Notes: generated by a model from the letters alone, not told the origin. A DNA stretch of 64,000 nucleotides from Octopus sinensis (GCF_006345805.1 NC_043006.1:31992001-32056000); one strand, 5' to 3'; positions 1 to 13,290 are shown, counted from the first letter of the stretch. Numbers and translations are program-made.

Positions 1-329
1 AAACGAGGGACTTGTTCATACGGCACAGAATGTTTTTTTACCTCAATAGACGTCAGTGATTGGTTGAAATTGCAGAAATTGAAGAAGAAAAAAACAACAA
101 ATATCTTACAAACTATAGAATTTTCTCAATAAAGCCAAGAGAAAAAGATGTTTTATAAACACATTATACCAATATACAAAGTTTGAAATTTTTTAATTTC
201 CTAGAAATTATGTTAAAAACTGCCGTTCAAACCGAAAAGATCCGCGGTTTTTTTGTGGCACTTTTTTTTGTATATATTTATATTTACATATAATTTTTAT
301 GATCTACAGCAAAGGGCATGTTTTTATGC

Positions 330-600
330 CCACTAAATCAACTTTAAGATATTCAAGCTCTACAATTAACAGATGCGGATTTTCTAATGGCTTAGTCCTT
401 ATGCCAGCTATCATTACAGGAGCCACACCATTCTTCATTGTCTGCAAAATCGGTCTCCATGATAATACTAAAAGTGAAATTCATTTGCTACAACTTGGAA
501 GGTACGATTGCTTCTTTGTCTGGAAGCTTGATAAAACCAGGAAATTCTATGTATCAGCAAAACTTGGGCAGCACTTAGATAAGTCTCAGCAAGCAGGTGA
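330..600 (-). mobile_element. Possible decayed 5' (endonuclease start) fragment of an RTE-like LINE
   Basis: Minus frame MKNGVAPVMIAGIRTKPLENPHLLIVELEYLKVDLVGIK loosely resembles the RTE APE N-terminus (TWNVRTL...ELxRYxVDIAAL). Confidence 0.3.
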
Positions 601-721
601 TTCCTGGTTCAGTCCCTCTGCACAGCACCTTGAGCGAACGTCTTCTATTATAGCCCTGGGCTGACCAATGCTTTTTGAGTTAATTTGGTAGAAACTGTGT
701 TGGAAACCTGTCATGTATATG

Positions 722-912
722 GCGGAGGGTGCTGAAAAGTTCCTGGCTTTAAGGGTATCGTGATGGGTCTGGTTGGAGCCCCAACCTTCTGAGTTCTTTT
801 ACAGGGCTTAGAAAAACTGAAGGACTACTGCAACATGTGTGGGAATCATAATTAACTGATCCTCCTGTATTTTCTTTTACCCAAAGTCAGGAACTTTTCA
901 GTACACCCTTGT
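722..912. mobile_element. Mariner-like MITE
   Basis: Terminal inverted repeats gagggtgctgaaaagttcctgg / tcaggaacttttcagtacaccctt. Confidence 0.6.
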
Positions 913-1081
913 GTGTGTGTGTGTACCTATATGTTCCTGTTTGCAACACCCTCACCAATGCTTAACAACTGGTGTTGGTTTGTTTATATCCCCATATAAA
1001 ATGAGCACTGGAGTCAATTTAGTCAACTAAACACCTCAAGGAAGTGCTCCAGCATGGCTGCAGTCCAGTAACTGAAACAAA

Positions 1082-1470
1082 TCTTTATATATAAAAGTCA
1101 AGTTGTGTGTCTGTCTCCTACGATTTAGATTCCTAACTACTCCCACATTTTGCGGTGCAGCTTAACCAAAACCGGGTATCTTATAGTCGTGATTCATATC
1201 GAGCCCTTCTTAGTATTAGCGCGCGTCTACGATGAGTCTACGATTTTTAAAATAATTTACCATCATTTTTTTTTCCATTTTAATGCATTTTTTTCGCTAT
1301 TATATAAAGGAAGTAACTCTCTAAAAATGTCTACGATGAGTCAACGATTTAAAAAAAAATTTACCATAATTTTTTTCCCATTTTTAATGCATTTTTTGCT
1401 ATAACTCTCTAAAAATGCTTATATAGTTATTTCCCTTACAAATCCGAGCAACGCCGGGCGATACTGCTAG
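1082..1470 (+). mobile_element. Non-autonomous Helitron, apparently complete
   Basis: Starts 5'-TC, ends CTAG-3', lies between host A and T, has subterminal hairpin CCGagcaacgcCGG and no TSD. Confidence 0.75.
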
Positions 1471-1674
1471 TAAATGGTAAAAATAGACTGGAAACCTAAG
1501 CTGTCAGAGATTCTGAAAAGGAACTTCTTTTGTGTCTCTTCTTCTTGGACACTATCTGAAAGGTTTGAAACCATGCTGGATTGAACCCACATAACCAGGC
1601 TTCATAACATTTTGAACATGTCTTGGAAAGATTACTTTACAAAAGAAAGATCCTTTTTTTTTCTTTTATCTTCT

Positions 1675-2005
1675 ATTTGTTTCAGTTATTAGACTGTGGC
1701 CATGCTGGGGCACAGCCTTCAAGAATTTTTAGTTGAAAGAATTGACCCCAGGACTTCTTCTTTAAAACCTCGTACTTATTCAATCGGTCTCTTTTTGCTG
1801 AACCATTAAGACATAAACAAACCAACACCGGTTATCAAGTTGTGGTAGGGGTCAAACTCAGATACAAAAGCACACACACACACACACAATCGGTTTTTTT
1901 CCGTTTCTGTCTACCAAATTTTCTCACAACACTTTGATTGGCCTGAAGCTGTGGTAGAAGACACTTGCCCGAGGTGTCATACAGTGGGACCGAGTAAAAA
2001 GGGGC
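1675..2005 (-). mobile_element. tRNA-derived SINE, family with ...gctccagcatggcc...gactgaaacaagt tail
   Basis: Reverse-complement match to the full copy at 5924-6325. Confidence 0.8.
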
Positions 2006-2162
2006 AGCTTTGGACACCTGAACATGGACATCATCAGGATGGTCCTCTCATAGTAACCTGCTTTCCCCTATCATGAAGCTGACCCACAATCTATCCCAAG
2101 GCTTGTAATTTCGCAAATTGCATGCTGACCTCAATAGTGAGTGTCACAAAAAGGCCTCCCGT

Positions 2163-2295
<133 letters not shown>

Positions 2296-2608
2296 TATAT
2301 GTGTGTGTGTATGTTTGTGTGTCTGTGTTTGTCCACCCAACATCGTTTGACAACCGATGCTGGTGTGTTTACGTCTCCCTGTAACTTAGTGGTTCGGCAA
2401 AAAGAGGCCGATAGAATAAGTACTAGGCTTACAAAGAATAAGTCCTGGGGTCGATTTGCTCGACTAGAGGCGGTGCTCCAGCATGGCTACAGTCAAATGA
2501 CTGAAACAAGTAATAGAGTAAAGAGATTATATTCATTGTCAGAAAGAGGAAATATTACATGCCTGAGAAGATAGAAGTGGGTGGACAGTGAGGGCTATAC
2601 TATTTATA

Positions 2609-2644
<36 letters not shown>

Positions 2645-2648
<4 letters not shown>

Positions 2649-2970
2649 CCCCGTGCCGGTGGCACGTAAAAAGCACCACCTGAACGTGGCCGATGCCAGC
2701 GCCGCCTTGACTGTCTTCCGTGCCGGGGGCACGTAAAAAACACCATCCGATCGTGGTCGATGCCAGCCCCCTCTGGACCCTGTGCCGGTGACACGTAAAA
2801 AAGCACCCACTACACTCACGAAGTGGTTGGTGTTAGGAAGGGCATCCAGCTGTAGAAACACTGCCAGATCAGAATGGAGCCTGATGCAGCCTCCTGGTTT
2901 CCCGGACCCCAGTTGAACCGTCCAACCCATGCCAGCATGGAAAACGGACGTTAAACGATGATGATGATGA
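2645..2970 (+). mobile_element. RTE-type 3' tail copy ending in (GAT)n; representative of roughly 20 copies in the window
   Basis: ggtggcacgtaaaaagcacc...ggaagggcatccagctgtagaaac...catggaaaacggacgttaaacgatgatgatg; same sequence as the 3' UTR of the LINE at 30680-32670. Confidence 0.8.
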
Positions 2971-2992
2971 TATATATATATATATATATGCA

Positions 2993-3045
2993 CTAGCAGA
3001 GATACCCGGCCCTACTCGGGATTAAAATGGCATAGTTTTTTTTTA
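2993..3045 (-). mobile_element. Helitron 3' end (CTAG plus hairpin)
   Basis: Reverse complement aatcccgagtagggccgggtatctctgCTAG; near-identical to 62706-62755. The 5' extent is unclear. Confidence 0.6.
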
Positions 3046-3174
3046 TTGCTTTACTTGAAAGGTATGAGGAAACAATATTGTGGAACACATTTGTGTAGTA
3101 ATGCCTAATTTTTTTTTATCATGTAAGTTGTTAACATGTTAGAAACCTATAAAGTCACATCGGAATCAGAACTA

Positions 3175-3221
<47 letters not shown>

Positions 3222-4506
3222 CAACAACAATAGAAGAAGTACTTGCCGTTTGGATCGAAAATTGATAAGAAGAAAAAACCTTTCGTCTTTAAATAAAGTA
3301 GAATAGAAAGTTGGTGTCTTGTGTTCTGTAAGATATGTTCCGTAACAACTTTGTCTAAACTTGTTGCCCCTGTTTTATGTTGTGATGTTTCGTGTTGGTG
3401 CTAGAATAAGCTGTGTTTGTCTTGAGAATGTTATTTCTCTGATAATCACTGTCGTTAGAATTATTTTCTTTGTCGGTCGTTGCGATCTGCACTTCCCTTC
3501 TGTTAATGTCAACAACAAATCAACACATTTGATTTTGTTTACAGTGTTGGTTGGGCTTAAATAGTCTGTTTTGTTATTGTGGTTGCTGTTGTTGATATGG
3601 TTATCATTTGAAAGATATCAAATATTGACGTAGTCGGCGATGATGATATTAATAATACATGACAATGACAACAACCAAGAAGATGATAACGATGATGATG
3701 ATGGTGGTGGGGGTGGGTGGGTGTTGAACAAGAGGAGAAGTATGAGTAAGAAGAGTAAAGAGATTGACTGTTGTAAAGAAAGGCGGAGGAGAATGAAGAG
3801 AAGGAGCGAACTTAAGTGGTTGTGTTGTGGCACTGCAGGTAATTGTTTAAGAGTTGCTAGCGGCCAAGTTGTTGTAGTTGTTGGTTTTTGTGTTGGTGAG
3901 TAATACTGCTGCCAGCCTGGATAAGTTTACCTGGCATTACTGACAAGTCAAGAGTGACAGTAACAGACTTTAGGTCATCATTTCCTGTTTTACCTTCAGT
4001 TCATTACGAATTTGCTCTTAAAAGGAAGTAGAATAACAACTCTTAAGGTGGATAAAAGTTTGGAGGATGAAGTAATCCAAACGGTAGAACTAATCCAGAA
4101 AAATGATGTTGACGATGATGATAATGATTATGATGGTGGTGGTGGTGGTGGTGGTGATACAAATGCTCCTGGAAAAATCAAGCAGAAAGAACTATATTGC
4201 TTCTGTTGGATTTTGTAGAATATGATTGCTTGGTTGTCTTACTTACTCCAAGGAATGTCTGTGAATGACTGAGATTTTCAAATGTTGTGAAAAAACCATG
4301 TGTTGCCGGTCAGAGAGCACACCTGTTCTCACACATAATTCTCACGCATAGCTATCAATCTACAGGCATACATTGACACTAGCTAGCTTGGAGTTGAGCA
4401 ATTTAACACTGTATTCTTCCGCTTATTTTTGAAAGGAATATATACCGGTGGTTGGAAAGTACATCTGACAGGAAAGGCATGAGGAAAAAGTGACCATCAT
4501 CCATCA

Positions 4507-4568
<62 letters not shown>

Positions 4569-5923
4569 TTAGTGTCTGTTTTCTATGCTGGCATGGGTTG
4601 GACAACTTGACAGGAGCTGGCTAGGCAGACGACTGTGCCAGTCCCGGTCACCTACTTTGGCATGGTTTCTATGGCTGGATAGCCTTACTCATGCCAACTA
4701 CTTTGCAGAACGTACTTGGTGACTTTTATGTGGCACCAGCAGAAATGAAGCCACCCAAGTAACTTGTAAGACAAGACCCCCCCTCCACCACCAACTAAGG
4801 TGGGTGTAGGGAACAGTATTAAAGATGGTGGCTTGTGCCGAGAAGTTAGATTATGAATAGTGGGACAGAAATAGGGATCTTGCAGTAGAGGAAGAGACAC
4901 ATGGCTACCCTAGTAGTAGTAGTAGTAGTAGTAGCAAAGAGAGAGAGAGAGAGGATGGTGAAGATGTGAGAGGGAGAGCACCCAAGTTACAGGGAGGGGT
5001 GTGTAGCAAAGTGGGCCAGGGATTGGATAGGGTGAATGGGTGGGTAAATTTGCAAGACTGCAAAAGGAGGGTGGGAGGTGGAAGGGAGTGTGGGATGTAG
5101 TGAGTGGGCGCAGTTAGAGGGTAGGTGGGGTAATAGGATGGGGGGTGTTTGGGGGAAGAGATTCAGCATGGACATATTGTGTGAAGGTAGGTTTGTGAGG
5201 GAGAGTGGGAGAAAGAGGGGAGTGGTGAACAAGGGTGGAGGTGAGGGTGAGGTGTTGGGAAGATGTGATGTGGGGGAGAGGTTTGCCAAGGCCAGATTAT
5301 GTATGGGGCAGGGGGACATAAACATAAAGGACATGCCTTTATGACCTCGATTTTACCTTGCTGGGCAGGTCTTCTCACACAGCGAATCACCAAATGTCTT
5401 GTTCCATTGTCATCTCCTTTCTGAGGTTCATCATCTGAAGATCACTTCTCACCACTTCATCCCACATCTTCCTAGGTCTTCCTCTTCCACAGACTCCCAA
5501 ACCACCCGACCCATTGCCAGCATGGAAAACAGATGTTAAATGATAATGATGATGATGATGTATATGATATGCGTGTCCACGTGATTGTGTGTACCTTTGT
5601 CTGTACATCGCGTGATGGTTGTAAATGAGCATCATCGTCATACAAGCGAGGTTGTTCATTTCCTGTCTTTCATGGACAAACATGTCTAACCATGGAGAAA
5701 TATTATTTTGTTTAGAAACAGGTGAGCATTGGTGATAGGAAGGAACACCCAGGTGTAGAAGATTTGCATCAATGAATTCCATTTGACCTATACAGGTATG
5801 GAAAAGCAAATATTAAATGATGATGATGATGATGATAATGACTTATGGTGTGCGATTTTACCTGGTCTGTTTATTTGTGCTGTGAGGAAAAAAAATATTT
5901 GGGATCTATTTCTTTAAGCTTAT

Positions 5924-6325
5924 AGGCGTAGGAGTGGCTGTGTGGTAAGTAGCTTGCTTACAAACCACATAGTTTCGGGTTCAGTCCTGCTGCGTGGCAC
6001 CTTGGGCAAGTGTCTTCTACTATAGCCTCGGGCTGACCAAAGCCTTGTGAGTGGATTTGGTAGACAGAAACTGAAAGAAGCTCGTCGTATATATGTATGT
6101 GTGTATGTGTATGTTTGTGTGACTGTGTTTGTCCCCCCCCCAACATCACTTGACAACCGACGCTGATGTGTTGTGTTTACGTCCCCGTCACTTAGCGGTT
6201 CGGCAAAAGAGACCGAATAAGTACTAGGCTTATAAAGAATAAGTCCTGGGGTCGATTTGCTCCACTAAAGGTGGTGCTCCAGCATGGCCACAGTCAAATG
6301 ACTGAAACAAGTAAAAGAGTAAAAC
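5924..6325 (+). mobile_element. Full-length tRNA-derived SINE with internal (TG)n
   Basis: A box tggctgtgtgg and B box ggttcagtcc in the head, central gacggaaactgaaagaagc-like core, tail gactgaaacaagtaaaagagt. Many partial copies (e.g. 2300-2530, 14370-14680, 25775-26070, 46790-47115, 48150-48530, 62765-63000). tRNA-derived SINE families are established in octopus (Ohshima and Okada 1994); a specific family is not assigned. Confidence 0.85.
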
Positions 6326-6812
6326 AAAATGATTTTCATTCTCAGTTTTGTGATACCATCTCCAAAGGATTGCCCTAAATTTGAATCTTGTTCTGTGCCT
6401 GTATGAAAGGCACATAACTCTGTCCGGTTTTTCGTAACCAATTAAAATAGATTCTAAATCTGTTTCACAGTTGAGTTGCTGGCAATAACAACAGAATTCA
6501 GCAGTTAAAAATAACCAATTGAATAAAAATCACCCGATACTGTTACTCATGAGTAATTCTGTGTAAGTCACCAACAGCCTAGTTTTTTTTTTTTTTTTTT
6601 GCTTTTATCTTGATACTGAAAGTATGAGTGACGTGTAGGGTTTTGAGCTGGACGATTTTTACGTATGTGTTTCCACATCTATCTCAGATGCATAACAAAT
6701 ATTGATTGCGGCTATACAACCATAAAATGGAGGCAGGCATGGCTGTCGTCGTCGTTGTCGTTGTTGTTGCTTACCGTCCACTTTTCCATGCTTGCTGAAC
6801 TATTTTCTAAAC

Positions 6813-7184
6813 TATTGGGTCATCCCATAAATAATGCATTTTTTTAATTCTTTTTTTTTTTATTTTTCAAAATTAAGATAAACTATCATCTCTTCGGCCC
6901 CATGAAAGAGGGTTTGAAAGGCAGACATTATTCCAGTGACGAGCAAGTGAAAACTGTAGTGAAGAAGTGGCTCAAAAGAACAATCAACAGAATTTTACGG
7001 GGTAGGGATACATACTCTCATTCGAAGGAGGAACATTGCTATTGAGAGAAACGATAACTATGTTGAGAAGTAGGGATGTGATCCACAGAGGATCAGCTTC
7101 ATTTTGATGTATGATACATGTCCCTGTGTTGGTAATTATACCTGTCCTAAACAAAATGGCATTACTTTTTGACTCCCCCTCGTA
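6813..7184. mobile_element. Fused mariner fragments: TIR end of the 10137-type family (6813-6882) joined to the transposase C-terminus and TIR of a second mariner family (6883-7184)
   Basis: tattgggtcatcccataaataatgc TIR; HLFGPMKEGLKGRHYSSDEQVKTVVKKWL remnant; end attactttttgactccccctcgta followed by TA. Confidence 0.75.
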
Positions 7185-7611
7185 TATGAAAAAGTATAAA
7201 ACCAAAACAGTGATTCATTATGTATTTTGTGCATCGAACAATTTGTTAAATTAAAGAATAATTCGTTATTTTCCTCAGATGTGTTCTGACATGCTCCTAT
7301 GTTCTTGCAACTTGTACTAAAAAAAGATCCTCATACTTCATTCATGTGCTTTGCCCCTGAGTAAAGTACGAGTCAGTTCTACATCCAGTTCATAGTATGA
7401 ATGGCTACTAGAAGGGTCAGGATATTCAGTCACAGCAAATGATACCCTTGATGCAGTTTTTGGAGAGAAAAAAAGAGAGAAAATAGGACAGTCTTAGGAA
7501 GAATGTCTTTGATTTTAAATTTGTACAATTGAGCTGGAACTGGTCTAAATAACCATTTTATAACATTACTTTCAAATTTTAGCACAAAGCCATCAATTTC
7601 AAGGGAGGGCA

Positions 7612-7910
7612 AGTCAATTATGTTGACCCTAGGGTCAATTCAATTATGTTGACCCTATGGTTCAAGTCAATTATGTTGACCCTAAGGTTCAGGTCAATTA
7701 CATCGACCCTAAAGTTCAGGTCAATTACATTGACCCTAAGGTTCAAGTCAATTACGTTGACCTTAGGGTTCAAGTCAATTATGTTGACCCTAGGGTTCAA
7801 ATTAATTACGTTGAGCCTAGGGTTCAAGTGAATTACGTTGAGCCTAGGGTTCAGGTCAGTTACATTGACCCTATGGTTCAGATGAATTACATTGACCCTA
7901 GGGTTCAACT
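7612..7910. repeat. 27-bp minisatellite, about 11 copies, inside a SINE (7580-8045, minus)
   Basis: Unit gttcaagtcaattaygttgaccctagg; corresponds to the SINE segment gtcgattacattgaccccagtgttcaa (cf. 54900-54930). Confidence 0.9.
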
Positions 7911-8370
7911 GGTACTCATACTGTTGACTCTGAAAGGACAAAAAGCAAAGCCGAGTGTGACAGAATTTGAACTCACAGTATTAAAGACAGATAAAATGCC
8001 ACTAAGCATTATGCCTGGCATGCTAATGGCTCTGTCAGTTTACTGCCTTACAATTCTATATTGGTTTCAAATTTTGGCACTAGGCCAGCAATTTCGGGCA
8101 AGTGGGTGATTCAATTACATTGATCCTGATACTCAACTAGTACTTAATTTATCAACCCTGAAAGGATGAAAAGCAAAGTTGACCTCAGCAGAATTTGAAC
8201 TCCGATTATAAAGACAGACAAAATACTGCCCTAAGCATTTTGACCGGTGTACTAATGATTCTGTCAGCTTGCTGCCTGATGCTTCTATATTAACAATAAT
8301 TTCTATGGTTGGGACACAGCCACAAATTGCTACCCTTCAAAGATGAATGGTAAAATCAAGCTTGCAGGAT

Positions 8371-8599
8371 TTAACCCTTTAGCATTTAAACTGGCCATAT
8401 CTGGCCAAAAGTATTCTACCTGTTTTATGTTCAAACTGGCCAGATCTGGTCTCTCAAACCAACCCTACAATATCGTTTTAAAAATTAACAGATACCTCAT
8501 CAAATTCTCATAGCACCAAGATAATGCCTGATTAGTTCAAGGCAATGTGGATGAAAAAGGATTAATTTTGGCAGAATAATACGAACACTAAAGGGTTAA
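8371..8599. mobile_element. MITE
   Basis: TIRs ttaaccctttag / ctaaagggttaa. A similar-ended MITE lies at about 54345-54570 (taaccctttt...gaaagggcta). Confidence 0.65.
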
Positions 8600-10136
8600 A
8601 CTCATCATCATCATCATCATCATCGTTTAAAGTCCACTTTCCATGCTGGTATGGGTTGGATGGTTTGACTGAGGACTGGCACCAGTTTTACATTTATCTT
8701 GAGGATCACTCCATACTTTGGTAGAGTACAGATTTTTTATTCTTTAACTGGAATAATATTGTTCTGGCCAGCTAAGCCATCATTGGACAGTCTGATGATG
8801 GTTTCAAAACTTCAGAGTCACTGTTAACTGTCAATGTTATTCTTGTTAAAGAGAAAAATGTGTGTGTGTGTGTGTGTTTGTGAAGCCAGTGATGTTTGTA
8901 AAGTGTGAATATCAAAATAGCTCAATATCAAATTCTTGGTAATGTTTATCAATTCGATCATAAAATCAGGGAGGTTTGAATGTGCAAGTATAGTGTGTGT
9001 GTATATGTGTGTTTGTGTGTGTGTGCTTGCTCGTTTGTGTGTGTGTGTGTGTGCTTGCTCGTTTGTGTGTGTTTGTTCGTTTGTGTGTGTGTGTTTTGTA
9101 TGTATTTGTGTGTGCTTGTTTGTGCATATGTTTGTGCATGCGTTTGTGTGTGTGTGTTTGTGTGTACGTGTGTGTGTGTAAGGGTTAAGATCCACATACT
9201 GACGCATAACTTACAAAAAAAATAAATAAAATAAAAAAATCTGTAATTGTTTCATAAAATCATACAGTTGTCAGGTTTATGTCTCAAGGTGTAAAGAGGA
9301 ACTGATAAGAGATTTCAAATGTCAACGTTTTGGATACACTTATCGAGAAATATTTCAGATATCAAACAATGTTTGCTGTTGTTGTTATTATTATTAATTT
9401 TTATAATGTACATATAGTATATAAGTAGAGTCTTAAGGCCTAGGATTCATCGAGCCTGGTTACTTGGTTCCCATGGTGTATAAGTGGCTGAGATCACTAC
9501 ATCCCAGGCTTTTGTACATTTACTCATTTGCAGCTGAGTGAATTGAAGCAATTTGAAATTAAGTGTTTTGCTCAAGAACACAATGCACTGCTTGATACAG
9601 GAATTGAAACTGCAATCTGGCAATTGTGAGTGCAACACTTTACCACTGATCCACAGGCCTTCCTGAGATTGAGGCCTATATTCAGTAGATAAATTTACAT
9701 CCAGGTGTCAGGTACCAAGTGCTATGCATGGAAATCTTGGCTTTTGAATTAGTTTTCTAACTTTACAACCAAAGAGGAAATACATACTCTTATCTGTTGA
9801 GTTTTATTCCTCCTGCTTGTTCCAACAACCCTACACACACACATGTACACACATGCGTGCGCACACACACACTATATGTGTGCTTGTGTGTTTGACAGGA
9901 GCTGGCAAGCTTGAAGACTGCACCATGGTCTTTCACTCTCTCTTTCTCTGTGTGTGTGTGTGTGTGTGAATATATATATATGTATATATATCATCATCAT
10001 CATCATCATTGTTCAACGTCCGCTTTCCATGCTGGCATGGGTTGGACGATTTGACTGAGGATTGGCTAACAAGATGGCTGCACCAGGCTCCAATCTTGAA
10101 CTGGCAGAGTTTCTACAGCTGGATGCCCTTACATTA

Positions 10137-11039
10137 TATTGGGTCATCCTATAAATAATGTGGATTTTTCAGTTGCATGAAATAAAAGTCAGAAGGTAAT
10201 GAGATAAACTACTTGCATCAACTTGCTATAAAAGTAAGGAATAATTTTACTGTGTACTTATTCTTAGTGTAAGTTTTGGAGAGCAGTGTTCGATTTTAAC
10301 AGTTATTTTTTGAAGCATATTCAGCATATTTTGTTTTATGAGTTCAATGAAGACAACAACACAATGGAAAGTGTGATGAATATTAATGCAGTTTATGGGG
10401 ATCAGACAATAAACACAAGCCAGTGTCAATGGTGGTTCCAGAAATTCTGAGCTGGAAACCTCAACCTACAAGATGAACCTTGTTCTGGAAGATCTGTTGG
10501 GCTTGACAAGGACGTCCTGTATACTCTGCCAGCACAAAATCTCATCGTAACTGTTGAGGAACTAGCAGAGAAAATTGAATTTGGTCATTCAACCAGTCAT
10601 TGAAATCAGCACTAGAAGGAAAACAACTGTCTTTGGTTTCAAGATGAAAGGTGTTCTTCCATCAGGATAATGCTTGTCCAAATACAGCGAGGATGACATT
10701 TCAAAGGCTGGGGCAGTTTGAATGGGAAACATTCTCCCCACCCACCATTTTCACCAGACATTGCCCCATTTTATTGTCATTTATTCTGCTGTCTTCAGAA
10801 TCATTTGGATGGAAAAAAAATATGAATCTTGTAGACGAGGTCAGAACAGTGCTGGAGGAGTGTTTTTTGTCATGGACAAGTAAATTTTAGAAGAGGGGCC
10901 TTGCAAGTCTACCAGATAGATGCAAGAGCATTGTAGAAAATGAAGGAGAGTATATTTTAGGATGAAAAAGAACTTTGTTTATCTTAATTTTGAAAAATAA
11001 AAGTATAAAAAGCTGCATTATTTATGGGATGACCCATTA
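10137..11039 (+). mobile_element. Internally deleted, decayed mariner (Tc1/mariner) element with both TIRs
   Basis: TIR tattgggtcatcctataaataatg / cattatttatgggatgacccatta, flanking TA, and frameshifted transposase remnants homologous to 43684..44016. Confidence 0.85.
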
Positions 11040-11045
11040 TATATA

Positions 11046-11530
11046 TAAAATAGCTAGATAGATAGACAGATAAATAGACAAACAGACAGATAAATAGATA
11101 GAGAGAAAGAGAGAGAGAGATGGATAGATAGATAGATAGATAGATGGATATGTTGATAGATAGATATGCATATATAGATATATATCTATTTACACACACA
11201 TACACACACACACGACACATAAAATAGCTAGATAGATAGACAGATAAATAGACAAACAGACAGATAAATAGATAGAGAGAAAGAGAGAGAGAGATGGATA
11301 GATAGATAGATAGATAGATAGATGGATATGTTGATAGATAGATATGCATATATAGATATATATCTATTTACACACACATACACACACACACGACACATAA
11401 AATAGCTAGATAGATAGATAGACAGACAGATAAATAGACAGACAGATAGGTAGATAGATAGATAGAGAGAGAGATGGATAGATAGATAGATAGACATATA
11501 TAAATATATATCTATTTACAAACACACACA
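11046..11530. repeat. Tandem duplication of an approx. 175-bp compound microsatellite unit (about 2.7 copies)
   Basis: Unit aaaatagctagatagatagacagataaatagac...cacacgacacat starts at about 11046, 11221 and 11399. Confidence 0.9.
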
Positions 11531-12642
11531 CACAAATATGTCTGTGCATGAATGCATTTACATGTCTGCATCATTATACCAGTGCATTTTGTGAAGTGGT
11601 TGACAAATGAGTAGAGGCTTCAATAAGGTCAAGAGGACCCTTAACTTTGTCTTGTTGAGAACATAAAATCTGTCCAGGGGTGGTATGGGGACCATAAGCA
11701 CTCAACACACTCGGTAAAGGGGTTGGTGTTAGAAAAGGGCCAGGTCAGAAATGATGGCAAAATGAAAACAGATGAAGGAAAAGTAGTTACTTTGAAGGGT
11801 CAACGGGGAATAAGAACTGATGTGAACTATGGTAAACTGTTCTAACTATGCCAGAAAGAAAGGCCATGATATACATGTGTATGTATGTGTGTTTGCGTAG
11901 AGTAGCATCCACCCTTAGTAGTTAGCCACATTTAAGTGGTAAATATACTTCACATTGTCGTGCAGCTATTGTTTGTACCTCGTTCAGAGATTTATTATTG
12001 AAATAAAAGTAATTATGGTAAAAGAAATTATTCAACTTATTTTGAAATGGTGAATATCATTTTTTTTCCTTTATAAACTTTTGTTAAATTTTATTACAGG
12101 AACTCTGTCTTTTAGAAATTCAGATTTAAAAAAAAAAAGTAATACAAGGGTTTCTCAGAACACCCCTAAGAAAATATTATTTTCTACTCTAGGTATATTT
12201 TTGGTGAGGGGAGCCAGTCAATTAGATCGACCTCAGTACACAACTGGTACTTAATTTACCAACTCCGAAAGGATGAAAGGCAAGGTTGACCTCGGTGAAA
12301 TTTGAACTCAGAACATAAAGACAGACGAACCCTTTTGAAAATATCACATGAACTTATTTTAAGCTTTTGATTTTGAGTTGTCTCCTCGACATTAGATGCT
12401 ATGCTCATCATTTTAAGTTTATTAACACTTCGTTATTTATTTTTCTGGATAAGATGTCACTATACTTATTTCAAGTAACATTCTGAAATGTTTTCATAAT
12501 TTTCTGAAAAATTCCTGACAGCCAAGTAAACTGAGGTGTGTATAATTATGTGGACAGACGAAAAATTAACTCTTTCGGGAAAAAATATCAGTAGGGGAAA
12601 ATTTCATTGAAATGGTGAAACTCTGTAAAAGAAGGATTGGTT

Positions 12643-13290
12643 TTACAAGTTTGGGTAAATTTTGGGAAGTACACCTGCATGCGTTGCACTAAGACAAAAA
12701 AAAACCTTGGATTTTTCGCATAGAATCAAGTACCTTGACTGCCTAATGTAGCACAAACCCCTTATTTTTGTTCGGAAAAAAGTGGTGGTGGTGGTGTTGG
12801 TGGGATCGAACCTTACCCCTGCACACACACACATTCCGGGATCATTGGAATATTTTTTTGCGTTAAATGAATTACAGTGACCCCCTAATATGTCACAAAA
12901 CACTTTTTTTGGTCTGGGAAATGGTGGTTGGGGTGGGGTGGAACACTCGGAAATTTTATCCACCCCAACCCCAACATTTTCAGAAATACGTTTCCGAGAG
13001 TGTGGATCACATGGTTTGTTATTAAATAAATATTTACGAGTTGGTATTATGTGAATTAATATGTTAACATTTATATTGTGTATATTTTATACTAAAAATA
13101 TTTCCAATGATTCTGGGATGGGGCAAGGGTTCCGATTCCCCATCCCACCTTCCTTTTCTGAACAAAAATAAGGAGTTTGTGGCACATTAGGAGGTCAGGA
13201 TACTTGATTCTGTGCAAAAAATCTGAGGCTTTTTTCCTTCTTAGTGAAACGCATGCGGTTGTACTTTCCAAAATTTACCGAAGTTTGTAC
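12643..13290. mobile_element. Foldback / long-TIR non-autonomous DNA element
   Basis: 12643-12785 is the reverse complement of 13150-13290. There are further inner inverted blocks (ccgggatcattggaatatt / aatatttccaatgattctggg) and a central gttggggtggggtgg / ccaccccaaccccaac hairpin. Confidence 0.8.

Noticed and set aside
3618-3903. Charged low-complexity ORF (DNDDDDGGGG...RRRMKRR)
   Set aside because: Built from (GAT)n/(GGT)n/(AGG)n trinucleotide runs, with no splice signals or homology.
5018-5300. G-run-rich purine stretch with G-quadruplex potential and ORFs on both strands
   Set aside because: Low-complexity sequence, loops partly longer than 7 nt, and no gene context.
7338-7446. Minus-strand frame VSFAVTEYPDPSSSHSYYELDVELTRTLLRGKAHE* after a pyrimidine tract
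   Set aside because: The AG is about 15 nt from the tract, no homology was recognised and no partner exons could be linked.
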